A stretch of DNA of 26,646 nt from an uncultured Pirellulales bacterium (GCA_964384565.1 CAYLMG010000007.1:1-26646); one strand, 5' to 3'. Shown: positions 17,746-26,476, numbered from the stretch's first letter. Notes: a model not told the origin generated them from the letters alone. A program made the numbers and translations.

Positions 17746-18171
17746 ATGAAATCGATTAATACACAATTACTTATTGTGAAATGTGTTTGTGGAATACTGA
17801 TAATTTGCTTACTAATAAATGTCACTGTTTTGGGACAAAGTGGTGGTGATTACGTGATTAGCCGAAGCAGGGTTGCCAGCGGCGGTGGTATGAGCAGGGG
17901 CGGACAATTCGTATTGAGCGGCACAATCGGTCAGCCGGATGCAGGCTATCTCGGCGGTGGTAACTACGAGCTGCTTGGTGGTTTCTGGGTCGGCGGGCCT
18001 TTATGCATAATAGAGTTCGAGGACTTCGCAAGGTTTGCAATCTACTGGATGCAATCGGGCACCGACCTGCCGGCTGATTTATTTGAAGATGGCGTTATTG
18101 ACTATGACGACCTGCTGGAATTTGCTAATCTTTGGCTGTGCATCTGCCCATACGACTGGCCGCTAAAATAA
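17746..18171 (+). CDS. Small secreted Gly-rich protein with a dockerin/EF-hand-like C-terminus
   Basis: Signal peptide, GGGMSRGGQFVLSGTIGQPDAG..GGNYELLGGFW, then FEDFARFAIYW..ADLFEDGVIDYDDLLEFANLWL. Confidence 0.75.
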   Translation: MKSINTQLLIVKCVCGILIICLLINVTVLGQSGGDYVISRSRVASGGGMSRGGQFVLSGTIGQPDAGYLGGGNYELLGGFWVGGPLCIIEFEDFARFAIYWMQSGTDLPADLFEDGVIDYDDLLEFANLWLCICPYDWPLK

Positions 18172-18189
18172 GAGTAAATATTGGTTCGC

Positions 18190-18209
18190 TGGCATAAGCT
18201 GCCATTTTT
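18190..18209 (+). terminator. Weak intrinsic terminator
   Basis: TGGCA-taagc-TGCCA followed by TTTTT. Confidence 0.45.
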
Positions 18210-18221
18210 ATTAAAAAAGGC

Positions 18222-18250
18222 TTGCAAATATACTAATGGTCAGTTATAAT
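18222..18250 (+). promoter_or_regulatory. Sigma70-type promoter of rpsO-pnp
   Basis: TTGCAA-N17-TATAAT about 100 nt upstream of rpsO. Confidence 0.75.
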
Positions 18251-18351
18251 ATTATTTAATTAATATATAATGTTTTAACAGGCTTATGCCGATTTTTTAT
18301 GTAGTATGAAAGCAGCTATTGTAAAAGGCCTTGAAAGGATATAGTTGGAAG

Positions 18352-18618
18352 ATGCTAACGACGGAACAAAAGGGAAAAATAATCAAGGATTTTGAAATCC
18401 ACAAGGGCGACACGGGTTCGCCGTTCGTGCAGATAGCTCTCCTGACAGAAAGGATTAATGAGCTGACAGAGCACCTGAAGGTACATAAAAAAGACCATTC
18501 TTCTCGCCGCGGCCTGCTCAAAATGGTTGGAAACAGATCGGCACTGCTTAAATATGTCAATGAGAATGACCCACAGAAGTATCGTGAAATTATAAACCGG
18601 CTTGGTTTAAGAAAATAA
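18352..18618 (+). CDS. rpsO: 30S ribosomal protein S15
   Basis: [48 protein letters not shown] at 18352 follows an AAGGA SD. Confidence 0.98.
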   Translation: MLTTEQKGKIIKDFEIHKGDTGSPFVQIALLTERINELTEHLKVHKKDHSSRRGLLKMVGNRSALLKYVNENDPQKYREIINRLGLRK

Positions 18619-18628
18619 GAAAGAGAAA

Positions 18629-18705
18629 GAGTTCGTAGTTTGTAGTTGAAAGCTCATAAGTTGCATGCGTTGTGTTGTGAACTCTCAACTACCAACTACG
18701 GGCTC
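18629..18705 (+). other. Long hairpin in the rpsO-pnp spacer (candidate RNase III substrate)
   Basis: 18629-18649 pairs with 18685-18705 (21 nt, two G-U pairs, one mismatch), with further inner pairing. Confidence 0.65.
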
Positions 18706-18725
18706 GAAGCTATTGAGGAAAATAT

Positions 18726-20867
18726 ATGTCGAATGTATGCAGAACTCAGCGTGAAATTGGGGGCGAAATCTTATCTATCGAAACGGGCAGGATTGCAAAA
18801 CAGGCTGACGGTGCTGTTATTGTCAGATATGGAGACACTATTGTTCTTGTCACTGCCGTAACAGCCCCACCTCGGTCGGAAGATATAGATTTTTTTCCGC
18901 TCAGTGTCGAATACCGTGAACAACACAGTGCCGCAGGTAAATTCCCCGGCGGTTTTATTAAACGAGAGGGCAGGCCCAGCACAAAAGAAATCCTGACCGC
19001 CAGAATGATAGACAGACCTATTCGCCCTTTGTTCCCTGAAGGTTATTGTCAGGAAGTGCAGATAATAGCAAATGTTTTAAGCTTTGACGGCGACAATAAT
19101 CCCGATATCCTTGCTATGATTGGTGCCAGTGCTGCTCTGACTATCAGCAGGATTCCATTTTTAGGACCTATCGGTTCCTGCAGATTAGGCAGAATAGATG
19201 GCCAATATGTTGTCAATCCCACACATAAACAGCTCGAACAAAGCGACTTGAATCTTCTCCTTGGCGGCCGAAAAGAAGCGATGAATATGATTGAGGTGGG
19301 AGCTAAGGAGGTATCAGAACAGGTAATTGCAGATGCTGTTGCACAGGCGCACAAGACCGTCGGCGAAATTTGCGACATGATAGAGGAGCTTCGCGGAAAA
19401 GTGGGCGTTGAAAAAGAGATTATCCTTTTGGAACAAAATGAAGAGCTTTATTCGAAGATTCGCTCACAGATAGCTGACAAGCTGCTTGAGCTAAAGCAGA
19501 TACATAAAAAGAAAGAGCGAAATAAAGCAGTAAACGAGTTGTTCGAACAGGTTACAAGCCAGTACTGTGAAGCCCAGGAACCTGACGCACAGTTGTATGA
19601 TACTGCTCTTGTTAAAAGGACTCTGGCGAGAATTGAGGGTGAGGTAGTCAAAGAAATGCTTCTTGAGGGCAAACGAATTGATGGCAGAGGTTTTGATGAT
19701 ATTCGTCCTGTAAGTTGTGAAGTAGGTATCTTTCCGAGAACTCACGGCTCAGCGGTTTTCTCGCGCGGCGAAACGCAGGCTCTGGTCAGTGTAACACTCG
19801 GAACCATCAGGGATGCTCAAATTATTGACGGCCTGCTGGAAGAATATTCTCAAAACTTTACGTTCCATTACAATTTCCCCCCGTATTCTGTAGGAGAGGT
19901 CAAGCCGGTTCGCGGTCCCGGAAGAAGAGAAATAGGACACGGCTCTCTTGCAGAACGGGCTCTTGAGGCTATGAGGACGTCGGACGAAGAATTTGCCTAT
20001 ACAGTAAGACTTGTTTCGGACATAACCGAATCGAATGGTTCAAGCTCCATGGCATCGGTTTGTGCCGGTTCTCTGGCTCTTATGGATGCCGGTGTGCCTA
20101 TAAAGAGGGCTGTTGCCGGTATTTCAATCGGAATGATAAGCGATGGTAAAGGCAAATATAATCTGCTGACAGATATTATGGGGGAAGAAGACCACTTTGG
20201 CGAGATGGATTTCAAAGTAGCAGGTACCAGAGACGGCATCACCGCTGTCCAGCTTGATATCAAGGCCGAAGGACTGGCGCACAAGGTTATGGTCGAGGCT
20301 CTCGAGCGTGCTAAAAAAGCCCGTCTGAAAATCTTGGATATTATGGAACAGACCATTAAAGAGCCGAGAGCCGAGTTAAGCAAATATGCGCCGAAACTTA
20401 TTAGTATTGAAATTGACCCCGAATTAATAGGAAAAGTAATCGGGCCGGGCGGCAAAACAATAAAGGCCCTTCAGGACCAGACCGGAACGAAAATTGAAAT
20501 CGAAGAAGATGGAACCATATATATAAGCTGCCTCGGCGGTGAAGGCCACCTCGAGGCAAAAGAAATCATCGACTCGATGACACAGCCGCCTGTTGTCGGT
20601 AAAATATACAAAAACTCAAAAGTCGTTTCTGTAAAAGACTTTGGAATATTTGTTGAAATCGCTCCCGGTGTCGAAGGACTCTGCCACATAAGCGAATTAG
20701 CCAACGAGTATGTCAAAAACATTGACCAGGTTTGCAAAGTTGGTGATGCTGTAGCTGTAAAACTAATGATGATTGATGAACAGGGCAGGCTGAAATTATC
20801 TCGCAAGGCTGCTCTTGCGGAGTTGAACAAACAAAAAGAGCCTGCCTTAAAACCAACCCGTAAGTAA
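18726..20867 (+). CDS. pnp: Polyribonucleotide nucleotidyltransferase (PNPase)
   Basis: DFFPLSVEYRE, RREIGHG, SNGSSSMAS and GEMDFKVAGT, plus KH and S1 domains; classic position after rpsO. Confidence 0.99.
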   Translation: MSNVCRTQREIGGEILSIETGRIAKQADGAVIVRYGDTIVLVTAVTAPPRSEDIDFFPLSVEYREQHSAAGKFPGGFIKREGRPSTKEILTARMIDRPIRPLFPEGYCQEVQIIANVLSFDGDNNPDILAMIGASAALTISRIPFLGPIGSCRLGRIDGQYVVNPTHKQLEQSDLNLLLGGRKEAMNMIEVGAKEVSEQVIADAVAQAHKTVGEICDMIEELRGKVGVEKEIILLEQNEELYSKIRSQIADKLLELKQIHKKKERNKAVNELFEQVTSQYCEAQEPDAQLYDTALVKRTLARIEGEVVKEMLLEGKRIDGRGFDDIRPVSCEVGIFPRTHGSAVFSRGETQALVSVTLGTIRDAQIIDGLLEEYSQNFTFHYNFPPYSVGEVKPVRGPGRREIGHGSLAERALEAMRTSDEEFAYTVRLVSDITESNGSSSMASVCAGSLALMDAGVPIKRAVAGISIGMISDGKGKYNLLTDIMGEEDHFGEMDFKVAGTRDGITAVQLDIKAEGLAHKVMVEALERAKKARLKILDIMEQTIKEPRAELSKYAPKLISIEIDPELIGKVIGPGGKTIKALQDQTGTKIEIEEDGTIYISCLGGEGHLEAKEIIDSMTQPPVVGKIYKNSKVVSVKDFGIFVEIAPGVEGLCHISELANEYVKNIDQVCKVGDAVAVKLMMIDEQGRLKLSRKAALAELNKQKEPALKPTRK

Positions 20868-21016
20868 AGTCCTCTTAAGACGCATCCTTTTTCTCTTGGT
20901 CGTTAGTATGAAATTAAGGGCCGGGATTAGTGCTTCGATTTATAAATGGTATTTTCACCTTTTTTGTGATAACATTTCTTATTCTATTTGTTTTGTAGAA
21001 GACGAAGGCCGAAAAA

Positions 21017-21772
21017 GTGGATAATAATCAGAACCAAAATACAAACCCGTTGCGACTACAGAAAGAGGACTTGATTGCACAGCTTGCGCACGAGATAAAG
21101 AATCCTCTTTCCACAATCAAGATTAACCTCAGGCTTATCGCCGAAGACCTCGAAAAACTTCAAAGTCCCGAGCAGGGCGGCTCCCGTACTTCGAATAAGC
21201 TTGATAACCAGTCCATAACGTCCGCCCTGAGAAAAATCTCTGTAATCAAGAAAGAAGCTGACCGTCTTGAGCAGATTCTTGACGGCTTCCTGCGCTATAC
21301 CGACAAAATCGAATTGCAGACAGCCGCTATCGATATCAATGAGCTAATCAGTGATTTAATAGATTTCTATACACCGCAGGCATACAGCCGTTCCATCGTT
21401 GTCAGGCAAACGCTGCATAACGAGCCGCTTTTGTGCAGGGTCGACTCGAATATGTTAAAGCAGGCGTTACTAAACCTTTTTATCAATGCCCAGCAGGCTA
21501 TGGACAGCGGCGGCGAGCTGCTCATAAGAACCCGAAAAGTGCCAAAATATGCTATAATACAGATAAACGATACGGGCACAGGTATTCAGCCGGACAAAAT
21601 CGCAAAGGTTTTCGATGGATTCTCAACCCGGCCGAACGGCAAGGGACTCGGCCTGCCGACGGCAAAAAAAATAATCGAGGCACATAACGGAACCATAACT
21701 GTTGAAAGCGAGCCGGGAAAAGGAACAATATTTACGATAAAATTGCCGCTGCAAAACCCTGCTGAAGGTTAA
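21017..21772 (+). CDS. Minimal cytoplasmic histidine kinase (HisKA + HATPase only)
   Basis: LAHEIKNPL, QALLNLFINA, DTGTGI and GLGL. An in-frame TAG at 20996 precludes a longer N-terminus. GTG start. Confidence 0.9.
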   Translation: MDNNQNQNTNPLRLQKEDLIAQLAHEIKNPLSTIKINLRLIAEDLEKLQSPEQGGSRTSNKLDNQSITSALRKISVIKKEADRLEQILDGFLRYTDKIELQTAAIDINELISDLIDFYTPQAYSRSIVVRQTLHNEPLLCRVDSNMLKQALLNLFINAQQAMDSGGELLIRTRKVPKYAIIQINDTGTGIQPDKIAKVFDGFSTRPNGKGLGLPTAKKIIEAHNGTITVESEPGKGTIFTIKLPLQNPAEG

Positions 21773-21784
21773 AGAGGCTTATAA

Positions 21785-23152
21785 ATGGCTGACGACAGCA
21801 TAATACTGGTCATAGATGACGAGCGTAACCACGCCGACGGAATCGTCGAGGCCCTTAAGAGTCTCGACGCAAAGGCTATAGCCGTTTATAACGACAAAGA
21901 TGCCCTCGAGCTTTTGCGGAGCGAAAAGGTCGACGTTGTTATTACCGACCTCAAGCTCGGCGGCGCTCTCGACGGCATCGGCATCCTCGAAGAGGTCAAA
22001 AAACAAAATCCCGATACCGAGGTAATCCTCGTTACCGCCTATGCGACTATCGATAACTGCAAAAAGGCCATCAAAATGGGTGCCTTCGATTATCTCGTCA
22101 AGCCTATCGATATCGACGAGCTTCGCACACTCACCCAGCAGGCCTGCCGAAAGGTTGAAGCCTCTGTAAGCCGAAAATTCCAAAGAGCAAAATCCGATAA
22201 ATGGGATTTCGTTTTCGACGGCGTCATAGGCGAGAGCAGGGCGATGCACGGCATCTTCGAGGTCCTCAAAAGAATCGCTTCATCGAACATCTCTGTCCTT
22301 ATCGAGGGCGAATCCGGTACCGGCAAAGAATTGCTCGCAAGGGCAATCCATAATAACTCACCGCGTGCGCACCAGCCTTTCAAACCGGTAAATTGTGCCG
22401 GCCTGACCGAGACACTGCTCGAAAGCGAGCTGTTCGGCCACGTCAAAGGCGCCTTCACAGGCGCTACCGGCGACCGCAAAGGCCTCTTTGAAATCGCCGA
22501 TAAGGGAACGCTGCTGCTCGACGAAATCGGCGATATGTCGCCTAACAGCCAGGCAAAGCTTTTAAGGGTCATCGAGGATGGCGTTATAATACCGGTCGGC
22601 TCGAATAAGTCAGCCGTCGTCGATGTAAGAGTTATCAGTGCGACGAACCAGGATTTAACCAGACTTATCGAGGAGAAAAAGTTCAGGCAGGATTTGTATT
22701 TCAGAATCAAGGGCGTAAGCATCCTCTTACCTGCCCTGCGTGACAGAAGCGAGGATATACCCGCCCTTGCCGATTTCTTCCTCGAAGAAGCAATCTCTGA
22801 GACCGGCTCTAAAGTTACCGGCATAACCGCTCCCGCGATTGATATTCTCAAATCGTACGATTGGCCGGGCAATATAAGACAGCTTAAAAACTGCATAAGG
22901 ACAATGGTAGTAATGGCCGAGTCCGATTCTCTCGACGTCTGCGACATCCCGCCCGATATCTCTCGCAGAAGACAGCTAAGTGCGGGCGTAAAGGCTGCTT
23001 CGGATTTATCCGGAATGTCGCTTAATGAAATTGAAAAGCAGGCGATTATAGATACCCTTAACCGGACGGGCAATAACCGCGAAAAGGCCGCAAAAATCCT
23101 CGGAATCGGTGAAAGAACACTATATAGAAAAATTAAAGAGTATAATCTTTAA
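21785..23152 (+). CDS. Sigma54-dependent response regulator (REC-AAA+-Fis HTH; NtrC/AtoC family)
   Basis: LVIDDE, VITDL, GESGTGKE, ESELFGHVKGAFTGA, LLDEIG, FRQDLYFR, WPGNIRQL and a C-terminal HTH. Confidence 0.97.
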   Translation: MADDSIILVIDDERNHADGIVEALKSLDAKAIAVYNDKDALELLRSEKVDVVITDLKLGGALDGIGILEEVKKQNPDTEVILVTAYATIDNCKKAIKMGAFDYLVKPIDIDELRTLTQQACRKVEASVSRKFQRAKSDKWDFVFDGVIGESRAMHGIFEVLKRIASSNISVLIEGESGTGKELLARAIHNNSPRAHQPFKPVNCAGLTETLLESELFGHVKGAFTGATGDRKGLFEIADKGTLLLDEIGDMSPNSQAKLLRVIEDGVIIPVGSNKSAVVDVRVISATNQDLTRLIEEKKFRQDLYFRIKGVSILLPALRDRSEDIPALADFFLEEAISETGSKVTGITAPAIDILKSYDWPGNIRQLKNCIRTMVVMAESDSLDVCDIPPDISRRRQLSAGVKAASDLSGMSLNEIEKQAIIDTLNRTGNNREKAAKILGIGERTLYRKIKEYNL

Positions 23153-23249
23153 TTTAGAAGGTCTCGCCACCATCGGCTTCGCCGATAGGCGAGTAGGCGG
23201 ACCTGTCTCGCCAAAGGCGGATCGAAAAATTAAGGAATATAATCTCTAA
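23126..23249 (+). repeat. Diverged 27-bp direct repeat of the regulator 3' end (23126-23152 and 23223-23249)
   Basis: AGAAAAATTAAAGAGTATAATCTTTAA vs CGAAAAATTAAGGAATATAATCTCTAA; both read RKIKEYNL*. Confidence 0.9.
23161..23222. repeat. REP-like GC-rich palindromic element
   Basis: Nested stems CTCGCC/GGCGAG and ATCGGC-ttc-GCCGAT; GTCTCGCC and AGGCGGA each occur twice. Confidence 0.6.
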
Positions 23250-23346
23250 ACGAGATACGAAACTGTTTGGCGTTTTATGCAGACGGTATAATTACAGTTG
23301 GGAATTTAAAGAGATGCTTTATATGACATAAGCAAGTGAGGAAGAT

Positions 23347-24435
23347 ATGTCCATACAAAGTCGAATGGAAGAGATTGTTGAAACCAACGTAAATTTTAAT
23401 ATGAGGGAGTTGGCGGATGCAGTGTGGCCGCTGATCGAAGCCCTACCGGATGTTTCTGAGGTAGTCCCGGTTTTACGTGATCTTTTGGGAACCAACTACC
23501 GTAAGTTGTCATATTGCATCCTGCGGAATGCTTTTCTCATTGAGTTGGTGAAAGTTCCTAAGATCGAAACCACTAAGTTCCGTGTACGTTGGTTTGATCA
23601 GCTTAATGGTGATCCGAGATATTGTTCTTTTGATGAATGTGTGAACATTGCCACAAACCTTCTGACAACCTTGCCTGCGTGGCTACAAACCTCAGTTCAT
23701 TTTGAATGTATGAAATTATCATTCTCCAGTGGCATGATTCCTTATGAAGCGCCTTTGGATTACTCACATCGTTTTACTGCACAAGGACGCTTGCATCAAC
23801 AAGGCAATTTGATTTGGTTTTATGATGAACTAATTTTACGAACTCTCAAACTTAGAAAATTCCTAACCGATAGCTCTACCAGTCCCGACCATAAGTTTTT
23901 TAAGAATGTGCTGTCTGACAAAATTAAAGTTAAAACATATCTCACCGATCGAGTTTTAACCGGCGACTATAAAACCAACCGGGAAAAAAGGTGGGAAACC
24001 CATCCTAATTCTGTTCATTTCGCTGAACGCCGAGTATGTATGGCAATCGAGTATGCCCTAGTAACACAGATTTGTGCGTTTGAGGGGTTTCCCCAATCTT
24101 CGCTTATCAAGTTACAACAAGCTAATGTTTTGCCTCAAAATCTTCCCACGGCTTTATGTCCCATTACGGGTGATGAGTTGTCGTATGAAGCCTTCCGGAG
24201 TGAACTGTTAAAACCAACTCATGGAAAGTCAGATTTTCAAGTAGGACACTTGAATCCATTAAAACTTAGTGTAGATGGTGAGGCTGCTGGTCATACGGCT
24301 AATAATATCAGTTGGATTTCTGCCGATGGCAACCGTATCCAAGGAAGTCTTAGCTTAAATGATGTCAGAAAACTAATTCAACGTATTTCACAAAACTATA
24401 ATCGTCATGGTTGGTGGCCACATCCATCCGACTGA
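23347..24435 (+). CDS. Putative restriction endonuclease, HNH/His-Me-finger-like C-terminus
   Basis: CPITG..FQVGHLNP..GH..NISWISADGNRIQG fits H-N-N spacing; adjacent to a DNA methyltransferase. Confidence 0.65.
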   Translation: MSIQSRMEEIVETNVNFNMRELADAVWPLIEALPDVSEVVPVLRDLLGTNYRKLSYCILRNAFLIELVKVPKIETTKFRVRWFDQLNGDPRYCSFDECVNIATNLLTTLPAWLQTSVHFECMKLSFSSGMIPYEAPLDYSHRFTAQGRLHQQGNLIWFYDELILRTLKLRKFLTDSSTSPDHKFFKNVLSDKIKVKTYLTDRVLTGDYKTNREKRWETHPNSVHFAERRVCMAIEYALVTQICAFEGFPQSSLIKLQQANVLPQNLPTALCPITGDELSYEAFRSELLKPTHGKSDFQVGHLNPLKLSVDGEAAGHTANNISWISADGNRIQGSLSLNDVRKLIQRISQNYNRHGWWPHPSD

Positions 24436-26411
24436 AGTGTTACACAGGCTCGTGCTTCTTTCGTCAATTCTCGTGCCTCAATTCGTTTAGTAACTGCCTG
24501 TCGAACCAATCTAGTGATGTGATTACGAGCCTTTTTTGACTTTGTTACTGGTAAAATCAATTCGTTAATGCGTTCCCCAAGGCTGTCAATAATATCTTGA
24601 GTGAACTGCTTGGAGCGTATTTGTTTTTGAACTGCCGTTGAACTTAAAATCGCTAGCAAGAGATATGGATTCATATCATAAGAGTTGGAATTTACCCTTA
24701 TTTTATATAGATGGCTTTGATAAAGAATTTCTCTATCGGTTTCACTGACGATGGCGCAAGTTCCGATAAGATATGTTCCATCCTTTACCATTAGAATATC
24801 GCCGGGTTTTACATCTTGCTTATCTTTAAGCCTTTGGTAAATCTCACGGGATACTCCATGTTTGGGATCCGCTTTCAGCTCCCAGTTAGTAATATCTGAT
24901 GTCCGGATAAATGGAATTGTCCCCGTTCCGTAGGCGAGTTTTCCAATTTCATCTCCTGTAGTTATACTTATAACTTTTTCTGCTATCAGTTGTGAAATTG
25001 GAAGAAGGGTATGAGTTTTATTCAATCCTTTCAGTTCTTGTTCTGCTTGTGGGTCGTAATAGCGTGGACACAACACCCCACTTAAGATTTTTTCTTTATC
25101 AATAGAGAAACCGAGATTAGACGGCTTGATTTTCTTGTTTTTTCTATACGCAACATAGTTATCAGCTATCTCAGGTAAATCATTATGCGGAATTACACGC
25201 GCTCTGGAGTCTTGTCCGCACCATTTTGCCTCAGCCATGAACACCGTTTCGGTCTTTCTATTTCTTTTAACACCGTTTTTAGTTGCTATCAATAAACAGG
25301 TCTTCGTGTGAGTTCCACCTTTGCCAGAGGTCTTAAACAATGCTTCTGGCATACCCATGACGGCATGAATATCGGCGTGCCGAAGTAAGTACTCGACGAC
25401 GTTACGGTATGATTTATTTGAAAGAATGCTTTCCGGTAAAACCATACCCAAACGACCACCAGGCTTAAGTAGGGATAAACAACGTTCCACAAATAGTACC
25501 TGTGGAGGTACGTTGCTTTGTATTTTGTCCGATGGACGCAATAACCCTGTCTTGGGATCTTTAGTCCACTTGTGGGCGAGATCAAAGGTCTCTAGCACTT
25601 CTGGAGAGGCCGCAACAATACGAACACCAAATGGAGGATTAGTTAGAATTACATCTACACCATCCTTAGGTAGATACTCGCGGATGCTTTTCTGTCCATT
25701 ATTTAAAGAAATGCTATCGCCGTTGATTACTGTGGGGTAGGCACCCGTAAGTAATGTAATATGGATTATAGCTAGTCTTGCCAGATAGGTATCTTTATCA
25801 ATACCATAAAGATGCTTGGAAACTCGGTTAGGCGCGAATCCTTGTTTTTCCAAGTGGGCACAGACGGAAGATAGAAATCCACCTGCTCCACATGCTGGGT
25901 CTAAGATCGTTTCATAAGGCTTTGGATCTAAAGCCTGAACTAGTAGATTGGTTACTGAACGAGGGGTGAAAAATTGACCCGCATTGCCTTTGGATTCGCT
26001 ACCAACGAATACCTCAAAGGCGTCGCCGATTGGATCGCTCTCGGCATCCATAATGGAAAAGTCTAATTCACCCATAACGTAGTGCAAAGTATTTGGATCC
26101 AATAGGATTTCAGTATCCTGCGCATAAATATCCGGAAAGCGGCCTCGAACGGTGGTGAATATTGCGCGTATCCGCTTGGCTAACTGTATGTGGTTGTCAG
26201 TGCGGTCCATTTTTTCTACTTCACCGCGTTCGATTACCAGCTTGCAGAAAAGGCACTTTAGCACTTCGTCTAGTAATGTATCATCACGAGTAGCACCGAC
26301 GAACTGACCTGCAAGGTAGTTTCGAACATTACGGAACGCTTCTTTTGTGGTTTTTTTTTCTTGGAAGAGTGATGTTTGACGGGCATCGGGGTGCTTCTTA
26401 GGCCTTGCCAT
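24405..26411 (-). CDS. N6-adenine DNA methyltransferase, HsdM-like, fused to an HsdS-like specificity domain
   Basis: GQFFTPR, ILDPACGAGGFL (motif I) and NPPFG (motif IV); C-terminal PFIRTSDI..KPGDILMVKDGT..G. ATG at 26411 follows a GGAGA SD. Confidence 0.9.
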   Translation of the reverse strand: MARPKKHPDARQTSLFQEKKTTKEAFRNVRNYLAGQFVGATRDDTLLDEVLKCLFCKLVIERGEVEKMDRTDNHIQLAKRIRAIFTTVRGRFPDIYAQDTEILLDPNTLHYVMGELDFSIMDAESDPIGDAFEVFVGSESKGNAGQFFTPRSVTNLLVQALDPKPYETILDPACGAGGFLSSVCAHLEKQGFAPNRVSKHLYGIDKDTYLARLAIIHITLLTGAYPTVINGDSISLNNGQKSIREYLPKDGVDVILTNPPFGVRIVAASPEVLETFDLAHKWTKDPKTGLLRPSDKIQSNVPPQVLFVERCLSLLKPGGRLGMVLPESILSNKSYRNVVEYLLRHADIHAVMGMPEALFKTSGKGGTHTKTCLLIATKNGVKRNRKTETVFMAEAKWCGQDSRARVIPHNDLPEIADNYVAYRKNKKIKPSNLGFSIDKEKILSGVLCPRYYDPQAEQELKGLNKTHTLLPISQLIAEKVISITTGDEIGKLAYGTGTIPFIRTSDITNWELKADPKHGVSREIYQRLKDKQDVKPGDILMVKDGTYLIGTCAIVSETDREILYQSHLYKIRVNSNSYDMNPYLLLAILSSTAVQKQIRSKQFTQDIIDSLGERINELILPVTKSKKARNHITRLVRQAVTKRIEARELTKEARACVTLQSDGCGHQP

Positions 26412-26447
26412 GATTTCTCCACACAATATGTTTTGCTATTTTTCTAA

Positions 26448-26476
26448 AACATATTCTGTTAGTATAGCTTTGTCAA
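26448..26476 (-). promoter_or_regulatory. Candidate methyltransferase promoter
   Basis: Minus strand TTGACA-N17-TATGTT, ending 37 nt before the ATG. Confidence 0.5.

Noticed and set aside
22090-23073. 327-aa antisense ORF
   Set aside because: It is a shadow of the codon-biased sigma54 regulator and shows no recognisable motifs.
23287-23292. Promoter for the nuclease (TATAAT)
   Set aside because: Only a -10 hexamer is present, with no convincing -35 or extended TG, so it is not listed as a feature.
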